This document shows positions 58,660 to 64,000 of a stretch of 64,000 nucleotides of DNA, piece after piece. A model generated the notes under the pieces. That model searched no databases and was not told the origin of the DNA. It saw nothing but the letters and a program-made list of their open reading frames with translations. The stretch comes from Gammaproteobacteria bacterium. Its GTDB lineage: Bacteria; Pseudomonadota; Gammaproteobacteria; G965277405. How positions within the stretch are numbered: the stretch's first letter is position 1; the number at the start of each line of letters is the position of its first letter. A program made the translations under genes and the position numbers. Where the stretch lies: assembly GCA_965277405.1 (NCBI GenBank), contig OZ255726.1, forward strand, positions 416,001 to 480,000, in the 5' to 3' direction.

Positions 58660-59019
58660 TTGCGTATTACCGCACTGAGCTCTGGCAAACAAATTTCGCT
58701 TGTCATCGCCCAACACACCTTCAAATGTCATCATGCGAATTTTGTCACGTTTGTGCGCACCAGTGATCAGCAACTATGTCGGTATGTCGCGATTATTGCC
58801 AATCGAAATATAAAAAACGCCGTGCTCCGCAACTACACAAAACGCATCATAAGAAATGCGCTACGCAGCTTTGATTGTGGTGTGCAATGCGACGTCGTGA
58901 TTATTGCTAAACGTGCTGCCAAGCAAGCCAATAAGGTGCAGCTGCGTGCAGCGATACAAAGCACTATGCGGCGTGTGCAAAAAAAACACACAGCTAGCAA
59001 CCTCTGCTTAAATCCATGA
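58660..59019 (+). CDS. rnpA: Ribonuclease P protein component (divergent)
   Basis: KNAVLRNYTKRIIR (RNR-like motif), DVVIIAK; position between rpmH and yidD. Confidence 0.8.
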   Translation: MRITALSSGKQISLVIAQHTFKCHHANFVTFVRTSDQQLCRYVAIIANRNIKNAVLRNYTKRIIRNALRSFDCGVQCDVVIIAKRAAKQANKVQLRAAIQSTMRRVQKKHTASNLCLNP

Positions 59020-59043
59020 TACAGCGAGTTAACCAGAGGTTCC
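58997..59043. mobile_element. 47-bp mini-MITE (end A fused to end B) overlapping the rnpA 3' end
   Basis: GCAACCTCTGCTTAAATCCATGAT followed by ACAGCGAGTTAACCAGAGGTTCC. Confidence 0.7.
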
Positions 59044-59055
59044 TCTACTCATAAC

Positions 59056-59310
59056 ATGCAAATGATACGCAAAACAGCTATAAAAATAGCAGTTGGAATT
59101 ATTCGAAGCTACCAACTGTGTCTTTCTCCATTACTACCAATGAGTTGTCGATACCTGCCGACGTGCTCTGAATATGCCATTGAAGCAATGCAACAACATG
59201 GTGTTGTATTCGGCAGTATTTTAACAATACAGCGTATTTGTAGCTGTCACCCATTTGGTGGACACGGCTATGACCCTGTGCCGCGCACAAAAAAAGTAAC
59301 AAAACAATAA
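59056..59310 (+). CDS. yidD: Membrane protein insertion efficiency factor
   Basis: YQLCLSP...CRYLPTCSEYA...CHPFGGHGYDPVP. Confidence 0.95.
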   Translation: MQMIRKTAIKIAVGIIRSYQLCLSPLLPMSCRYLPTCSEYAIEAMQQHGVVFGSILTIQRICSCHPFGGHGYDPVPRTKKVTKQ

Positions 59311-59319
59311 GGAACGAGA

Positions 59320-60918
59320 ATGAATATCCGCAAAGCAGCTAAATACCTTCGTTATAGTTTATATGTGGGGGTGGCGGTATTGTTGTACATGTGCTTCTTG
59401 CAGTGGGGGCATATGTTCTCCGTAATTCCAGACACAAATCAAAGTTCTGATGCAACAGCTGTGCAAATCCCAGGCGCAATACAGCCACAAGAGATACCGA
59501 GAAATCATGTCGTATTACGCAATGACGTGCTCGATCTCGAAATAGACTTATACGGCGGCGATATAGTGAGCAGTAAGTTATTGGCGTATGCAGTTAGCAA
59601 AGTTGATGCCACTCCAGTATCGTTATTGGAAGACTCTGACACCAAAAAATACATCGCTCAAAGTGGCTTAATTAGTAATGTATCAGGCATCAACACCACC
59701 AAATTAAACTACACAACAACACAAAATACGAGGATCCTTGCCGACGGTGAGGATACGGTTTCTCTCACATTAACCAGTATAGTCAATGATGTGGTGTTTA
59801 CCAAAGTGTATAGTTTACAAAGAGGGAGTAATGCGATTGATGTTGCGCATTCGCTACAAAATAATAGCATGGCAACGATCAGCACGCGGCTATATGGACA
59901 GATTATTAACGATGGCAAAGTCCCTGAATTTGACAATGGGCTGCAAATAAAACCATTTGACGGCATCGCCACAACAACCGCAGCAACAAGTTATCTCAAG
60001 AAAAAATTTGCTGACTTAGCAGAAGAACCGCTCGATGTTCGCGTCAAAGGCGGATGGATAGCAGTGTTGCAGCATTATTTTGTTTCTGCTTGGATTCCTG
60101 ATCCAAACCAAGAATATCGCTATCAAAGCAATCTACGCAAAGACGGGTTGTATGTGCTCGGTTTTGTTGGTGATTCCCAAGAAGTGCTACCAAACGCAAC
60201 GCTGACGTTGTTGAGCAAATTATACACTGGACCAAAACTTGCCAAAGTACTAGAAGCCCTTGCCCCCAACCTCGACTTGGTTATTGATTTTGGCTGGCTG
60301 TGGTTTATTTCTAAATACTTAGTGTTATTCCTCAATTATATTCAAGGAATTATACCTAACTGGGGAATTGCGATCATTGCGCTGACATTCTGTGTGAAGT
60401 TGGTGTTCTTCCCATTATCGCAAGCAGGGTACCGCTCCATGGCAAATATGCGCAAATTCACCCCAGAGATTCAGCGGTTGCGTGAAACATATGGTCATGA
60501 TAAACAAAAATTATCACAAGAAACTATGGCATTGTATAAACGGGAGCGCATCAATCCAGTTGGAGGTTGTCTGCCAATTCTCGTGCAAATGCCTGTATTC
60601 ATCGCCTTATATTGGGCACTTGTCGAAAGTGTCGAGCTGCGGCACGCACCATTTTTTCTGTGGGTGCAAGATTTATCCGCGCTTGACCCATACTTTGTCT
60701 TACCATTGCTGATGGGCGCCTCCATGTATGTCCAGCAAATGCTCAACCCAACACCACCGGACCCATTACAAGCAAAAATATTTCGTTGGATGCCAGTGGC
60801 GTTTACCGTGATGTTTCTCTGGTTCCCATCTGGCTTAGTGTTGTATTGGCTTACCAATAATGTCCTATCAATTATCCAGCAATATATTATTACCAAGCGG
60901 ATTGCAACCGCCAAATAA
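59320..60918 (+). CDS. yidC: Membrane protein insertase YidC
   Basis: QHYFVSAW, DFGW, NWGIAII, GGCLPILVQMPVF, LVLYW. Confidence 0.96.
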   Translation: MNIRKAAKYLRYSLYVGVAVLLYMCFLQWGHMFSVIPDTNQSSDATAVQIPGAIQPQEIPRNHVVLRNDVLDLEIDLYGGDIVSSKLLAYAVSKVDATPVSLLEDSDTKKYIAQSGLISNVSGINTTKLNYTTTQNTRILADGEDTVSLTLTSIVNDVVFTKVYSLQRGSNAIDVAHSLQNNSMATISTRLYGQIINDGKVPEFDNGLQIKPFDGIATTTAATSYLKKKFADLAEEPLDVRVKGGWIAVLQHYFVSAWIPDPNQEYRYQSNLRKDGLYVLGFVGDSQEVLPNATLTLLSKLYTGPKLAKVLEALAPNLDLVIDFGWLWFISKYLVLFLNYIQGIIPNWGIAIIALTFCVKLVFFPLSQAGYRSMANMRKFTPEIQRLRETYGHDKQKLSQETMALYKRERINPVGGCLPILVQMPVFIALYWALVESVELRHAPFFLWVQDLSALDPYFVLPLLMGASMYVQQMLNPTPPDPLQAKIFRWMPVAFTVMFLWFPSGLVLYWLTNNVLSIIQQYIITKRIATAK

Positions 60919-60977
60919 CCACCAACAATGCGTTCAACGGACTGTTGCCAGCCATAGACCTGTAAGATTGTATTGCC

Positions 60978-62318
60978 ATGGACGACACAATTGTTGCTAT
61001 TGCCACCGCACCAGGTCATGCAGGCGTGGCAGTTATCCGCATGTCTGGCAAAGCATCACTTAATGTAGCAAGCATAATTTGCAACGCCTGGCATGGCACA
61101 CAGCCAACACCCAGACTGGCGTACTCCACACGGTTTGTGACAGGTGATGAGACAATAGACAGCGGGCTGGCACTGTATTTTGCCGCTCCAGCTAGTTTTA
61201 CTGGAGAAGATGTTGTCGAGTTGCATTGTCATGGCAGCCCAGTGGTCTTGCAGCAACTGCTGCAATTAGCGTGTACCTTTAGCGATGTCCGCATGGCAGC
61301 AGCTGGTGAATTTAGCCAACGCGCCTTTGCCAATGGCAAGCTAGATCTTGCCCAAGCAGAGGCGATTGCCGACCTTATCAATGCAGGCTCCATTGCTCAA
61401 GTGCGTGCGGCGCAACGTTCGTTACAAGGCGAGTTTTCGCAACAAATCAACGCATTGCTGGAACGGATAATATCGTTACGGGGACTAACAGAAGTAACCA
61501 TAGATTTTAGCGATCAAGACCATGGTGGTGAGCTTGGTGCCGTGCAGCAGCATATTCAAGCATTGGATACTGCTGTTGCCGAACTACTGGAGCGCGCCCA
61601 AGCAGGTGTCGCGTTGAGTAGTACTAGAGAAATTGCCATTGTCGGCGCACCAAATACTGGCAAATCAAGCCTACTCAATGCCTTATTGGAATGCGATAGG
61701 GCGATCGTTTCTGCCATAGCAGGAGCAACAAGAGACAGCATCAGCGAAGACTGTTATATTGCTGGACAGCGTTTTCGTATTACCGATACTGCTGGAATTC
61801 GTGATACAACTGACCCGCTTGAACAACAAGGAGTCGCCCGCAGTCAACAACTTGTAACCGCAGCTGATGTTATTTTATTGGTGTATGACGGCGAGCAGAC
61901 AGACGTCTACAATGCCTTAACGCACCACGACGATATCAGCGCACGCGTACTTGCGGTGCGCAATAAAATAGACCAAATCACCCCGCCGTATCAGCAACAC
62001 CCTGCTGGATTGCCAACATTGCATATTAGCGTGCATAGCGGCGTAGGAATGGACGCTCTGCAGCGGGCAATCAGCGATAGGCTATACAGCGATGTTGACA
62101 CAACAACGTGCAGTGCTCGAGCGCGACACGTCACCGCGTTACAGCACACCAAAACCGCGGTAGCAGCAGCGCTGCGCGCCGCACAGCAGCAGCATGGACT
62201 GGAAATTATCGCCGTAGAGTTGCGTAGCGCTCAAGACCATCTGAGTGAAATCACCGGCAGGTTTGCCAATGAAGACCTGCTGGATTCTATTTTCTCGTCG
62301 TTTTGTTTAGGAAAATAG
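60978..62318 (+). CDS. mnmE: tRNA modification GTPase MnmE
   Basis: DTIVAIAT, FTGEDVVE, GAPNTGKSS, DTAG, NKID, FCLGK. Confidence 0.96.
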   Translation: MDDTIVAIATAPGHAGVAVIRMSGKASLNVASIICNAWHGTQPTPRLAYSTRFVTGDETIDSGLALYFAAPASFTGEDVVELHCHGSPVVLQQLLQLACTFSDVRMAAAGEFSQRAFANGKLDLAQAEAIADLINAGSIAQVRAAQRSLQGEFSQQINALLERIISLRGLTEVTIDFSDQDHGGELGAVQQHIQALDTAVAELLERAQAGVALSSTREIAIVGAPNTGKSSLLNALLECDRAIVSAIAGATRDSISEDCYIAGQRFRITDTAGIRDTTDPLEQQGVARSQQLVTAADVILLVYDGEQTDVYNALTHHDDISARVLAVRNKIDQITPPYQQHPAGLPTLHISVHSGVGMDALQRAISDRLYSDVDTTTCSARARHVTALQHTKTAVAAALRAAQQQHGLEIIAVELRSAQDHLSEITGRFANEDLLDSIFSSFCLGK

Positions 62319-62376
62319 TCGCAATAGCGGTGGGCAAATATGCAACGCATGTTTGGGTATAGCAAAGTCCGCTAGC

Positions 62377-62406
62377 GGCGACTTAAGCAGAGCTTCCTTA
62401 GGGAAG
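62377..62406. mobile_element. MITE end-B remnant followed by TTAG and a GGAAG stub
   Basis: GGCGACTTAAGCAGAGCTTCC|TTAG|GGAAG; further TIR-like words near 62478-62492 and 62596-62606. Confidence 0.6.
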
Positions 62407-62672
62407 AAAAACAAAAAGTCAACTTCTTAGTCTGTTGTTTTTGAACATCAATGCGTCGAGAAACTTAACAGTAGGAATTATTCAGAGCTGCCATAGTATT
62501 CAAGCAACAATACTTAAAAGTGAATAAAAAGTTACAACAATAATTTTTATTCACCGCTGGAATGTTGTAGACTGTGGATGGAGGATTACGAACGGTCTCT
62601 GATTAAATCATAGCAGCGCTGCTATCGTCAACTTGATCAGTGGTATTGAAAACACACTAAAGGAGGAAAACC

Positions 62673-64000
62673 ATGCAACCATGGTCTAAAATAAAAGTCG
62701 CACTTGCGCTAGCAGCAGTTGTTGCTACCAGTCCAGTATGCGCCGACGGTGACGCTGCTAAAAGATGGATTGATGCAGAGTTTCAGCCGTCAACGTTGAA
62801 TAAAGCCGAACAAATGGAAGAAATGGCTTGGTTTGTAGCTGCGGGAAAACCATATGTCGGCATGGAAATCAATGTGCTTTCAGAAACGATTCCAACCCAC
62901 TCTTATGAAAGTAAAGTGTTGGCAAAAGCATTTGCCGAAATTACTGGTATTAAGGTTAATCATCAATTGCTTGGTGAAGGTGAAGTTGTCCAAGCTGTGC
63001 AAACACAAATGCAGACACAACGTAATTTGTATGATGCGTATGTGAATGACTCTGATTTAATCGGCACGCACTCACGCTTGCAGTTAGCGCGCAACTTGAG
63101 TGATTGGATGAAACATGAGGGAAAAGACGTCACAAATCCAAAACTTGATTTAGACGATTTCATGGGGATTTCGTTTACAACTGGTGCTGATGGTGATTTA
63201 TACCAACTGCCAGACCAACAATTTGTCAATCTGTATTGGTTCCGTAAAGACTGGTTTGACAACCCTAAATACCAAGCGGATTTTAAAAAACGCTATGGCT
63301 ATGAACTCGGGGTTCCGATCAATTGGTCTGCATACGAAGATATAGCAGAATTTTTTACTGTATACGTAAAAAACATTGATGGTGTGCGGGTATACGGCCA
63401 TATGGATTATGGTAAACGAGCTCCTGACCTCGGTTGGCGGATGACGGATGCTTGGCTGTCGATGGCTGGTGCTGGTTCTAAAGGTTTGCCAAATGGTATT
63501 CCAATCGATGAATGGGGTATCCGCATGGAGGCAGGAACGTGTAACCCAGTTGGCGCGAGTGTTACCCGTGGTGGTGCAACCAATGGTGCAGCTGCTGTGT
63601 ATGCAATCCGCAAATGGGATGAATGGTTACGCGCGTACGCGCCCCCTAGCGCTGCAAGCTATGACTTTTATCAATCGTTGCCTGCATTGAGTCAAGGAAA
63701 TGTCGCCCAACAAATTTTTTGGTACTCAGCCTTCACTGCCGATATGGTGAAACCAAAATCAGCAGGGAATAACACTGTTGATGACAATGGCACCCCATTA
63801 TGGCGGATGGCGCCAAGCCCGCATGGACCGTATTGGGAAACAGGGCAGAAACTCGGATATCAAGATGCAGGTTCGTGGACTATCATGAAGTCGACACCGC
63901 TGAAGCGTGCGCAAGCTGCATGGTTATACGCGCAATTTGTCGTCTCCAAAACAGTTGATGTGAAAAAAAGCCACGTGGGTTTGACATTTATCCGCGATTC
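62673..64000 (+). CDS. ABC transporter substrate-binding protein, glycerol (GlpV)-like, runs off the window
   Basis: AAGGAGG RBS; manual translation MQPWSKIK...AAKRWIDAEFQPSTL...SETIPTHSYES...YDAYVNDSDLIGTH...LGVPINWSAYEDIAEFF. Confidence 0.75.
   Translation, partial: MQPWSKIKVALALAAVVATSPVCADGDAAKRWIDAEFQPSTLNKAEQMEEMAWFVAAGKPYVGMEINVLSETIPTHSYESKVLAKAFAEITGIKVNHQLLGEGEVVQAVQTQMQTQRNLYDAYVNDSDLIGTHSRLQLARNLSDWMKHEGKDVTNPKLDLDDFMGISFTTGADGDLYQLPDQQFVNLYWFRKDWFDNPKYQADFKKRYGYELGVPINWSAYEDIAEFFTVYVKNIDGVRVYGHMDYGKRAPDLGWRMTDAWLSMAGAGSKGLPNGIPIDEWGIRMEAGTCNPVGASVTRGGATNGAAAVYAIRKWDEWLRAYAPPSAASYDFYQSLPALSQGNVAQQIFWYSAFTADMVKPKSAGNNTVDDNGTPLWRMAPSPHGPYWETGQKLGYQDAGSWTIMKSTPLKRAQAAWLYAQFVVSKTVDVKKSHVGLTFIRD

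Noticed and set aside
62319-62672. Replication origin downstream of mnmE
   Set aside because: No cluster of TTATCCACA boxes (only a weak TGTGGATG), no dnaA or gidA nearby, and the region contains MITE remnants.

Overview
A 64-kb chromosomal window from a gammaproteobacterium, probably marine and possibly host-associated (inference from the choline, taurine, acrylate and TRAP transporter genes). Housekeeping genes (tgt-yajC-secDF, mreCD, trpF/D/G, dnaQ, rpoH, hisD, dapB, rplM-rpsI, sspA, tRNA-His, 6S RNA-ygfA, nth, rpoZ, rpmH-rnpA-yidD-yidC-mnmE) are present in unusually shuffled order. Two features stand out. (1) An AT-rich type I restriction-modification island (40.2-47.8 kb) in which HsdS is fused to an N-terminal MNT nucleotidyltransferase antitoxin domain, with its partner HEPN gene directly upstream. 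A second, AbiF/AbiD-like HEPN gene with a candidate hairpin RNA leader sits between hsdS and hsdR. Both toxins look disarmed in this copy. (2) A family of about 285-bp structured MITEs (at least 15 copies or remnants) that share 16-bp terminal inverted repeats and a YTAR target with an intact IS5-family element in the window. They insert at stop codons, are biased in orientation relative to transcription, and their remnants appear to supply a ribosome-binding site, a start codon and a stop codon to host genes. All calls were made by eye from the sequence and ORF track; no searches were run.
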